Below, in pieces: positions 25,329 through 36,580 of a DNA stretch of 64,000 nucleotides. Each line of letters opens with the position of its first letter. Positions within the stretch are counted from its first letter, which is position 1. Location: assembly GCA_051362555.1 (NCBI GenBank), contig CM120649.1, forward strand, positions 17,374,567-17,438,566. The letters are read 5' to 3'. The stretch is from Lingula anatina (Eukaryota; Animalia; Brachiopoda). The translations under genes and the position numbers were made by a program. The notes under the pieces are model-generated. The model did no database searches. It saw only the letters and a program-made list of their open reading frames with translations, and was not told the DNA's origin.

Positions 25329-28300
25329 CAAACACACGGAGAGAGTGTAAATGTATTATAAAAAACACTTGCAACATGTTTGTTTCATTTACCTTGGATT
25401 TATTTTGGCAGTAAGTAAAACAGTATAAGACTGTAGAAATCCATTTTCAACTCTAGTTGACTTCTATAAATTTGTCACTTTAAGAATCATTTGAATGGTG
25501 ACCAAATGTCAAGTATGTGGATGCCAAGCTAGGTAATTGTGTTAGAGGAGCAAGGTACAACTGACTGCAATGGCCGGCACATCCAGAATGTCTCACCTAT
25601 CACAATTGAGCACAGTTAACCATATTACCGTGTTGTTGTTGTCAATAAATATGTTTTATGTGTAGAGTCATGGTTTTTAATTATGTTATATCTTTTATAT
25701 CTAGTGTGAGTATAAATTGTTCATCATTCCTGGCTTGAAATCAATCAATTTCTATGTCCTTTTTTTTTTAAATTTCATGGAAAATGGTTTTTAGTTTGCC
25801 TTTGTAAGTGGTTATAATATGTTTTTCTAGAATTGTGATCATTTTTAGTATGGGCTGATTTAATTTGTTTTCTTTGATTCAACATTTTTGATAGGTAGAA
25901 AGTAAGTAACCTTGACCATTGACATTGTAATCATGCTTGATCATTCAGTTAACAACGATTTCTCTCTGAATTCTAACAAATTTGAACTTCTTCAATAAAA
26001 GTAAGTTTTTCTTTTTCTTTTTTTTCTCTCTTTTCAGTATTGAGAACAAACATTTTATAAGTCCAGAAAAAATAAGTCTCTCTCACTTTATAATGTTTCT
26101 GTGACTAAAGGAAATTGAGAAGTTTGAAAATAATGCAGAAATAAATGAGGTGTATATGATGAAATAGTGCGTTCCTGGTTTTGGTTTAAAGATTTTTCAT
26201 GCCAAAATTCACGTACACAGAGAATACATTATAGGGGAGAAGTCGGTTTTTATTGGTTTATGGTCTCTGAATGCTGTTTTGGTGCTGCTGTCTTGATTTA
26301 CAACAAATATTAATCATTTTCCTTTCTGTATTTCACTATTGGTTAGGTGGGGTCTGTGTAGGGCCAGTTTCTTCTGAAAGACCCAAAGAAAACGTGAAAA
26401 GCACAGGAATTTATTTTCTGTATCACAACAGGTGCAAAATGGGGTATTGACTGATGCAAAAGCTTAACCATTGTGTGTCCATACATATTTTTCATTTCCT
26501 TTCCTCCCTTTATTTATTTATTATTTGTTTGTTTGTGTCTTATTTTTACAGTAGATATTCAGCTGTTAAGAAAGCTAAAAAATTGTTGAAATTTATCATC
26601 TTGCATCAGTATATATATTTTTTGTTTCTTATTTTAATATTGTTTACAGTGTATATTGAACTTTAAATAGATTATTTTAAGAAAAGCTCCCTCCAGCCCA
26701 TAGATAAATATTTATTTGTAATATAGATATAGGGACATTCATGAAATGTTTTAAAGGTATTTTGTTTAGTTTTATTCAAATATTGCACAACTAAAAACTG
26801 CACTTTTTCTGATAGTCCTTGGTGTTTTTTTTTTTCTACCTGTGCATGCTTTTTTTTTCCTTTTTCATTAGAAGATTGTTTTTTATTAGAAGTTTTCAAT
26901 GTGTTGCTTACATCTGTAGATCTTCAGTAGAATTCAGGGTGTTTTTTATTCGTTTATTCTAAGCAATGGATAATCTTTTTAAAGTCAAATTGATGATGCA
27001 ACATCATCATTTAGAAAAGAAACATATCAGGATAGTTTTTCTTGTAAAAAGACCCTTTTCACGTCAAGCAGTATACTTAACTGGATCAGTCCACTGTGAG
27101 ATCCAACCATGTAATTGCACTACTGGGGGAGGGGAGGGGGGTTAACTACTCCCTTACAAAAGTTATCTACAGGTCAACTTCCTGCTGCTTATTTAAGGTA
27201 AATAATAGACCTGTTCAATCATGGCAGTTTCATTTAGGTATAACTCTTACGTAAAAGCTGAGCTATAACGTGTAAATTGTCCATCAATCTCCCACAGTGA
27301 TCCAGGCTAGTTGAGCATGCCACTTGACGCGAAAAGCACCTTATATGGACACGGAAGGGTGTTTGAGCTTACATCAGTCTGTCTTAAAAGCACTCCCCTT
27401 ATAGTCTTCAATTTATATATTCTTTTCACTCTGTTTTAATCACACAAGATATCCTTCTTGCATTTAAAATCTTATGTTTTTGTTTTTGTATTTTCTCTGA
27501 GTGTTGACTCAATGATGCAAGAGCTGAGTAGTTACAATGCAACTCTGACATAAAACATTATAATGCGTGTTAAAGTACGCAACTTGATCAGAATGTATGT
27601 TGTTGCCGTTGATTGATTAATCAAACTATTTTGAATTTTGTACAACTATGACGTGGTTGACTGTTGGGGTTCACAATTTTATATGAATAGTCAATAGTGA
27701 ATTTAAATGACACTGGTTGATTTTTCTTATTTGGAAAAAAATGACAATTATAGGCCATATAAACACTTGCGTCTTGCCATGGGAAATGTGACTTCATTTA
27801 TTAATTATATTACTCTGCAGTGCTACCAGTATAACTGTTTTTGCTTGGGAATGGATCATAAAACCATTTTAACTTTAGAGAAAAAATGAGTTTGGATAAA
27901 ATTATTGAAAAGAAAGCTATTGCATTTTACTATGCCCTTTCATTCATTCATAACTTGTACCCACTAAAAACAAAATATAGCAAAATGAACCAGTGTTTCA
28001 GGAAAACTTCCAATGAAAATTCTGAGTACTGCAAACCTTCGGAATCTGAGTCATGCAGTAGCTGCTTCAAAGAATTGGAGGTTTAAGTTGATGTACTGCG
28101 TAATATCTGTCTTGCCACTCATTACTTCAGTTAGGTAGAGTGTTTTGTACCATTACTGAAATTATCATTGCATTAACTGATAAATTGATAAAGCAAATGA
28201 CAATCAAAATTAATGAGCAGCTTGCCTGTAATTTTCCAAGGAGGTGATATTATTTTATTTTTAGAACAATGCAAATTAATGAATGACTTTACTCTGCACC

Positions 28301-28625
28301 AAATACATGAAGATCATTAGTGCGAAAATAAACTGTCTGCCAAAAGCTTTGTAGGTGTCATATCGTCACTTAACAACACAAGGAAGTCATATAGTCTGAA
28401 ACCAAGGCAATAATATAGCGTTTTCAAGCATTATGTAGGAAGTGAAATGTCGTGATGCCCCGACAAAACTCACAATTAATTCCAATAAGTTTCTGGTGCC
28501 ATTTTATTTATTGTCAGTTTAGATGCCGAAAGATGCTACAGTGAGCTTTCACTCAGTCCTGATTGTATCTGATGTATTTTATCATATTTGTAGATTAAGA
28601 CTGCATTCAGAGAAGATGATCCTTA

Positions 28626-28840
28626 GGCTCTATTCCCATAGATTTTAGATCAAGCTATCCCTGTGGGGAGTCTCACTAGATTACTTTCAGATAATCCGAC
28701 TTAAATGTCCGTCCCGCCTACTACAAGCTGTAAGGGGGTAATTAACTTTCGTGTCCGCCTGGCTGACAGCTATTTAGCGTGAACCCCCAGGGATTTAGGT
28801 CGTTCTAAAGTAGGTCGATCTAATCTATGGAAATGGGGTG
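28626..28840 (-). mobile_element. MITE family A, inverted copy
   Basis: Near-identical reverse complement of 16514-16728, with a TTA target-site duplication. Confidence 0.85.
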
Positions 28841-29627
28841 TTAGACTAACTGGTCTGCCAACTAAATGTGGCCGACCCCACTTAAAAAGGGATGTAGCTA
28901 ATTCCCTGACGTTCTACTCACCTCCACATGTGCCATCGCTGTAGGGGACTTGTAATTAAACCTTGGAGTCGAGATTTAATCTGCTTAAAAGCTGGTAAAG
29001 ATTGAGTTATTGAGTCATAAGAGGGCAAAAATCTAAGGTGAGATGCCCTTGCTACCATATTTAGTATTTTGCCTTAAGTGCATTCTGGTCAGTGCACATC
29101 AAAGGTATATAAAGTGCATTTACCCTTTATATTGCGAAAAAAAATTTTCTGGGAAATTTCAGCAATTTTCCACAGAGTCATGCCCTACCTGAAACCATTG
29201 AGAAAATTTTTGAGTTCCAAATTTCTTATTTTTGTCATGAGCAAAATTTGTCAGTTTCTGTCCTCTCCGTTATATTGTGAGTGATTCCGAAATCAGGTAT
29301 TAAAGTGAACTAGAAATTATTGAAAATGCATTTTGAGAGATTGCCACTTTGAAAACCTGATGGTATAGCTGTGAAATAACTGAGTTCGTCAGTTTGATTT
29401 TGCATGTATATCGTCGCGTATACTCTAGATTAAATATCACTTGTATCGATGACTGGTAGAACTTCTGTACTTGGGCAGAATTTATGGTTCAGTTAATGGG
29501 CTGCTGGATGTACATTGTGGTTTGGAAGCCAGGGCCTGTATGGACCACACTCGTGTCACATTTCAGTACATTTTACTGATTGGTAGGGCAATTATCTCTC
29601 TTCCTTCCATTTTCTCTCTCTCTCTCT

Positions 29628-29680
<53 letters not shown>

Positions 29681-31937
29681 TGATTACATATAACATTTTC
29701 CTTTCACAAGCAGTTTTTTCTTAAATGATCACATTCATCTTTGCAGTTGCAACTACTGCGATTAAATTAGCCTAAGAGTAATTCAGTAGCATTATAGAAA
29801 TGGATTTTAAAAAACTTTTTTTTTTGTTTTATAATGATGATCTACATCCTAAGTGTATATATGTATGTACAAAGTGTGTATTGAGAATCATTCAAAATTG
29901 ATGATGCACTTGTAAAACTGCACTCTGCACATGTAGCATAATATCAATGAGGGTCATTTTCAACTCTCATATGTGCATTTTATTTTACTTGTAGAAATGG
30001 ACCTGTGGCTTTTACGGGCATTTTTGAAATTTTGCACTCTCTGCTCGGAACATTTGGTAATAAGAGTGATTTAAGTGTCTGAAATTTCTTGGGTTTTTTT
30101 ATGGGCCAAGCCATGCATATTGTGCATGTAACCAGGTTATTATACACATTGGTCATCTCCTTGAATTTAGGGGGGGTTCTCGTATAATTCTTACTTTTAG
30201 AAGCTCTAGGTTTTTACAGATTCCACGAGAAACTATGCAGAAATTTAGTCTATGTGTTATGGAGTTTGTTAGTATGAGGAATTTCCTTTGCTCTGGTTTA
30301 TTGATTAAAAGTTTGGAATTTTAATGAAATGTTTAAATTTTAAAATAGAAAATACATCAGAAACTTTTCCCCCATTTTGGCATTCTCTTTTTCCGTGTCT
30401 GGTGCAGAAATTCATTTCTTTTCAACTGGTATATAACCTTATTCACCCAATCTCAAGTTAATATCCCCACCAGTAAAATTGTTCTTATAAGATGTATCAA
30501 AATAAAGTCTTTGCCGAATTTATTGTTTTTTTTTAACTATTCTTCATGTTTACTGATTGAAACAATATCAGAATTTAAGGAACTTCACTTTTCACATAGC
30601 ATTTGACAGTTATATATACATGTTTCAGAATTCTAGGGAATCTATTACCATTTACTGTTATGCCACATTTAAGCTAGCTTGGGTGCTCAGAAGTTTATAC
30701 CGTAAAAATTGGAACTATGATATTTTTAAAGGCTTTTTTTCCTAGGCACTGCCAAATCAAAAATATCATTTATTTATTTCTTGAAATATCACATCTTTTT
30801 ATATTTTTTTAAAGTTTTCATTGCTATTCACTGAAATCAATTCCTGAGAGCTGTAGTTAACTTCCTCTTGGTCTCTTTGCAGTTATGCAGCTGGTCAGCT
30901 CGTTCAGCAAGACTTAGATGTCTCTGTAGATCCCTTGAATAATTTGTTTTTAATCTTTTAATTCACAGCTGTTATCCAATCCAACTTAAAGCTGTTATCA
31001 GTGTAATTATCACATGTGCTGGCAGTTATATATTGCTAGCAATTATGCCTGATGAGCACTAGGATTTTTTTTTCAGGTTCGATGAAGTATACTTATTATT
31101 TCCTCTTTCAGTATGATAAAAGTTACACTGTGTAAAGCATTTAAATTAAATTATTAACATAGCTTATAGTTTTCTGTTTCTTCACTTATATGAAAATTTC
31201 TTATGATATGTACAAGCTTTCAATTCTTTTTAGCTGTATTTAACATAAAGACCAAACGTAACAGTATATATATTTATTGATTTATATACATATAATTTAA
31301 CAATTGGACAGAGAAAAGTGCATAATTATTATAGATTATTGTGACATTTAAACCACAGATATGAGAAACTGAGCTCATTAAAGAATACATTTGGTCAAGT
31401 GCTAAACAAACACTTATTTGGCTAATGAAAGTGTTGAACAAATATATCATCTATTTCTTTAAAAAATTGTTCTTGCTGAATTATTTTGCTCTTTGGCTAC
31501 CAAAAACGATATTGTACACCCTACAGTAAATTGAACCCAGTGGAAAAAACATGGTAAAAAATTAATTTAAATGCACATTGAAGGTGAGATCTAAATAAAA
31601 TGGCAAAGGTGAACAAATGATTTGATAAATAGTAAACAATGAACAGTCACACAAATAAAAGAAAGACATTACGTAGAGAAAACCGGGTTCATTTAATTTT
31701 ACATAGGTAAACTTGACCAGAGAGAAACATTAACAGATAATGTTTTCTAACATTGAAAAGGAACAAATGTCTAAATCTGCACAAAATTTAAAACAAAAAA
31801 AGAAGAAAAAAAAAGAAAAATTATTTGGATCCATGTTAATAACTTAATATTACCCTTGAAATCTGCACTCTGCATTAGATGGCCTTTAAGCATTTTCATA
31901 AATTAAGTTGAAGCTTTTTTCAAAAAAAGTTCATGGC

Positions 31938-33430
31938 CTATTTTCCACCCTGCCCCCAGTTGAAGTGTTGGAGAGACCAGCCATACGCAGGCTGTTTGTC
32001 GGCAGTCGTCTCCGGATCCACCCTGTCTTCAAATTCATGACTGTATCTTCTCTTCAAAGGGTGGTTGAGTAACATGTCATTTAAAATGTTTTGATTACTT
32101 CTGGAATGCTGTGCTGCAATTTTGGAATGAGCGCTTTTGTTTTGTTGAACGCCAGCCTGGTAGCGATAATTTGGAACGGATGTTTTTGAGGCTGGACTGT
32201 CTTCAAATTTGATGTCGTCCTTAAAGGTACCAGGATTTGAATGGAGTTGGTCGCTGCTGTTGGTGTCCTCATCATCATCTGCATTTTCACCACTGGCATT
32301 GGTTTCCAAAATGTCATCATTTTGCACAGGCGATGACATTTGTGACTTTTTCCTGTTATTTTTCTTGGTTAATATGGGTTTTTCTCCAATTTTGAAATCC
32401 TTCTCGCAATTGATATCGAAATTTTCTGATGAAGATGCCTGTTGAAACTGGACACAGAACGGCTGCCATGCTCCTCTGATGCAGCAGAGACGTTTTAAAT
32501 TTTCCAAAGTTTTGCAACTTTGCTCATTGTTTTTTTGGCACATGTTGCTGACATAGCCAAGCCCAGTGGAACAGCAAGGAAGGCCAAGGATACAACATTC
32601 CTCAACTTTGCGCATGCAACAGTGTTGCTCTGAAAGAGAAAAAAATTAATAATATTGAAATTTTAGTTTGAAACAGATTTCAGAAAGTACAGTATCTTTG
32701 CAGATATCTATTTTCCTCATGTTTATCTTTCTTTTTTTTTTAGCTTTTTCGTTTTCAAGTGTTTAGAGAAAAAAAATAATAATATTGAAATTTTGTTTGA
32801 AACAGATTTATGAAAGTATTAACACAGATATTTAGTTTCCTAATATTTATCTTTCTTTTTTTAGCTTTTTCCTTTTCAATTGTTTAAATTTATTTCTGTT
32901 ATTTTTTCTTTGATATTTTTATTTCACCCTGTATTTTTTACATAATGTAACTTTTGTTTGTTATTTCATTTCTAGATTCAGCTTTTTCTTTGTATTTTAC
33001 TTAAATTCCTAATTTCTTTCCTTTACATTACCTGCTTCAGTATTTTTAATATAAAGAAAGTGAATTTTTATATTCATTCTCTGTAAACTACAACCACCTT
33101 TTTTAATTAACATCTTAAGCTAACGAGCAAAAGAATCAAAATCGTTAGTGTCACAAATTTCTCACAAAAATTGTTTTATATATAATTACCTGTTTGGCAG
33201 CATTTTTCAGTGAGATCTTCATGCGTTTGCCTGAATGCTTCAATCCAAGAATTCCCTAACCTCTTAACCCCTTGACCACTGGTCAGTCTTCCAACAACCT
33301 CTCCCTTTAGGAGCTCCCTTGGATCCTGATAGTTAGACCTTCCTTTTGGTGGAGCTGCTGATGACAATATTACCAGGTTGACAACGAAACATAGTAGAGA
33401 TCCTTGTGTTTTTACGTAGAGATGCATCAT
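31938..33430 (-). CDS. secreted cysteine-rich prohormone-like precursor (310 aa)
   Basis: Coding exons 33430-33190 and 32629-31938 (CAG|gtaatt...tttcag|AG, phase 1). Signal-peptide-like MMHLYVKTQGSLLCFVVNLVILSSA, CC-x5-CC-x6-CC-x5-CC core, dibasic sites (KR, RKK, KRR) and C-terminal ...NWGQGGK*. Minus-strand AATAAA at ~31273-31278. Confidence 0.8.
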
Positions 33431-33607
33431 CAGTGGCCCCCAAGAGTTTTTTCTTTTCCAAGCTTCAAGTTTTCTCCTTTAGCAGATAGAAAATTATTTC
33501 TGGTAGGTGCTAAGAAACTTAAGCTTGAGATCAGATTGGCTTTGTAATTTCTTCTCAATCAGTTATGAATGTAATTATATATCCGATGAGTTCTTATTCA
33601 AACATAC

Positions 33608-33765
33608 AGACTGTTATCACAGTATAGTAGTAGTAGTAGCTCTTATTGACTTCTGAGAAATACTTAGTAACTGATGTTGAATCAGAATGGCATATTGCAG
33701 AGGAGGCTCTCGTATTTATACTCTGCAGGACCAATCATTCCCGGATGAGGACAGGTGTCTGACGT
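33608..33765 (-). promoter_or_regulatory. TATA/Inr promoter and non-coding exon 1 of the Cys-rich precursor gene
   Basis: TATAAATA starts at 33720 with Inr CCATTC (A at 33688). CCAAT 33731-33735, E-box CAGGTG 33752-33757 and CRE-like TGACGT 33760-33765 lie upstream. Donor gtatgt at 33607 and acceptor cttag at 33510. Confidence 0.65.
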
Positions 33766-35984
33766 AGAGGGGGCCACCGAGGGTGCGTACGCTGCTAAAT
33801 TACTTACCATACACGCAATTTGGAAGTCAATGGACGTTAATTACAGGAATGTCTTAGCGGGTCACGGGGAGATTGATGGTCTCTCCAACAAGCCGAGCCT
33901 TGATTTGTTGCTTGGAAGAAATAATAGAGTTGAGGTCAATTTTATAGTTTGTATGGAGTGAAGCATGGTTTGTGCATGTGGCGTTCACACTGGCTGGCCG
34001 CTAATAGCTGTATTGGCGTTTTATTAATTCTTCACTTTGGAGCACTACATGTACATGGCCACGTAAGATATCATCAGTTATATATGTGTGAGTGCAGAAA
34101 GCTTCCAGAATACACATATAATCTTTATTGATTGTCTCGGATCTGTGTTAATCAATGTTCAATTGCAGTTATTTATTGGAAATTAATTAACTGATTGTGC
34201 TTCCTGACACATTGTTTAGAGCAAGCAATCCGAAAGTTTCATTGTTTAAATGTCTGACAATTTGGTCCAAATACATGTAAGAGAACCTTGTAAAGGTCGG
34301 CTGCACTCAACAAACCCACCATCAATATAAATTCTTATTGAGATATTCATGGTTTTGTTCTGTATGGTACGTCTTTATACCAGTAATTGAATTATTTTTA
34401 ATGAAAATAAGTGAGTATAGTAATACCAAAGGCAAACTTGTTCTTTGTCTTCATACTTACAGAAGATATTTAACTTTACTGGAAGGTAGTGAAACAGCCA
34501 ACATCATTATCATTGAGACAAACAAGTAAATGAAAATTGTACTTGACAATATCCAAAATTGATTAAAAGTAAAGAGAGTAAATACCACAAAGAAGACCTA
34601 ACAGTCATAAAATTTTGGTTCAATAACATGAAACACAATTTGCTGTTGGTTGGATAACCAATTTTACACTAAAAAACCAACACTCTTGAACCAAAGTCTT
34701 CTTACATTGTCAAAATCAAGAGATTTTATATTGATTCAGAACCATTCGTATTGTGCAGTTATGTGAACCCACCCAGCGAATGTATTTAGTTGCGAACGTA
34801 CGTTGTAAACGTGACTGTAGGTGTGGTTTTCCTGACCTTCCTGGATACATTTCAATTTTTTTTTTATTTTAAGTCTGGTTGATTCTGATTATAACAACCT
34901 TATGTGGGTGCAGAATTGTGTACAAAATAAATGCATGATATTTACGATGTGTTTCTGGAAGTACATTGTGGTAGTATTTGAAGATTAGGCATTTTTATAG
35001 GTTATAATGTCATGGATTAAGGTGAATGTACACTGTAGTTCTTTACTGCCTTAATCTCTTGTATTCAAGTTATTATTGATGACTTCATGTGTTAAGTAAG
35101 GATTTTAATGTGTAGTTTTGATAGTTGCATAAAAAGATTCTTTAATCACAGGGCTGAAATTGGTATGGGAGTACAATGGTGCTTGAACTTCTGTAGCGAA
35201 GTCTTGGAGAAAAAATGAAGCATTCTGCTTACATTAGTTTTTTTCCAATAAGCAGCAGAAGATGCTGTACCAGAGGATGCTTGTTTGTTTGTTTGTATTA
35301 GCAGTGTGTGCATAATCCCCAAGTAATATTTTACAGGAATGTTTAGGGTTTTTTTATATCATATTGTTGTTTAAGAAAGGTCAAGATTCTATTTCCACAT
35401 TTGAAATTCAAGACATGAGTCGTCTAATTGAGGTAATAAATCTTTATATAATTATAATAGATTTAATGAAAAATAGAGCTTAGTCTAAATTAATTTTGCC
35501 ACCTCTTAATGACTGTCAAATACATTGTAGAATTAGAGAAGGTTTAAGCATCAAAGCCTATTTTTCTTGGATGAACTGTTTATTAGGGGTATGGATTTAC
35601 TGTCTTTAACTTTCAACTGGTACAGTTTCTGGGAAAGGCCATCAGTGATTGATGTTGATCCAGAGATCTTTTAGAAAGATCTTTTGTTCTGGGAAAATTG
35701 TTCTTTGTCTTATAAATGAATCATCCTTACCATTAAATATGAGGTCACAAGACAAACCAGACTTCTATGACACACGAGTTTTATTAATTTAGGTAATTTT
35801 GGATTAAATATAAGGATAAAATCACTTTTTGTTGGCAACCATTTGGATTAATAATGTAGATTATGAAAGCCGTTTATTGATTGGTTGATCTAATGAGTGG
35901 TCAAAAAAAGGAAAACCATTGAGAAACAAGGCTTGAGGTGCGGATAGGCAAAAATGCAGGCAAACTACTACTAAATTAAAGTGC

Positions 35985-36113
35985 TGGCGCACCACGTCTA
36001 AAGCGTATACGTGAAGAAAAGAATGAACCAGTTCAATATATTTTCCTAGTTGTTACTGACTGCTGGTGCTTAAAATGGCGCTGTCCACCTGACGCCAATC
36101 AATGGATTAAAAG
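35985..36113 (+). promoter_or_regulatory. candidate promoter/first exon of the TDP1-like gene
   Basis: CpG-containing patch with a YY1-type AAAATGGCG (36072-36080), followed by the donor-like AAAG|gtgggt at 36113/36114. Assignment to the gene is inference. Confidence 0.35.
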
Positions 36114-36580
36114 GTGGGTTCACTCAAGATCCCAATAGACCGATACCGAATCCCAGGAGAGCTGGTTTTAAAAACATTTTTTTAAAAAAGAAAAAATATA
36201 ACTAAAATTTTAAACTTTTAAGTTTAAAACAATTAAGAATAAATCAAAAGTAGTGCACTTATTTTAAAGACTGCAATTAGTAATATTTACTCTTTTTACC
36301 AGGTCATTTAGTGCAATAGCCATTGTGTCATTATTTCTGTTTATTATGTAAATGGGGGATGAAGTATAACAGTTACGTTTAAGTTTACCTTTTTTGTGTT
36401 TAAGCTGGTCCTTTTAATGGCTGCCCACCTGTAAGTTGAATGTTCAACTCAACAGAAATTTAAGAAAAAATACACATAATGGAAGTCAGCAGTTTTTTTT
36501 AATACTTTGACTTTCGTTGAAAGGACTGCCTTTTCCAGCATTTTCAGAGTCAAATGAAGTATGGGCTCTCCTTATATATG

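Noticed and set aside
31938-31990. Assigning ...QHFNWGQG-amide to GnRH/corazonin/AKH or kinin families
   Set aside because: GnRH-type peptides follow the signal peptide directly and kinins need FxxWGamide; neither position nor spacing fits.
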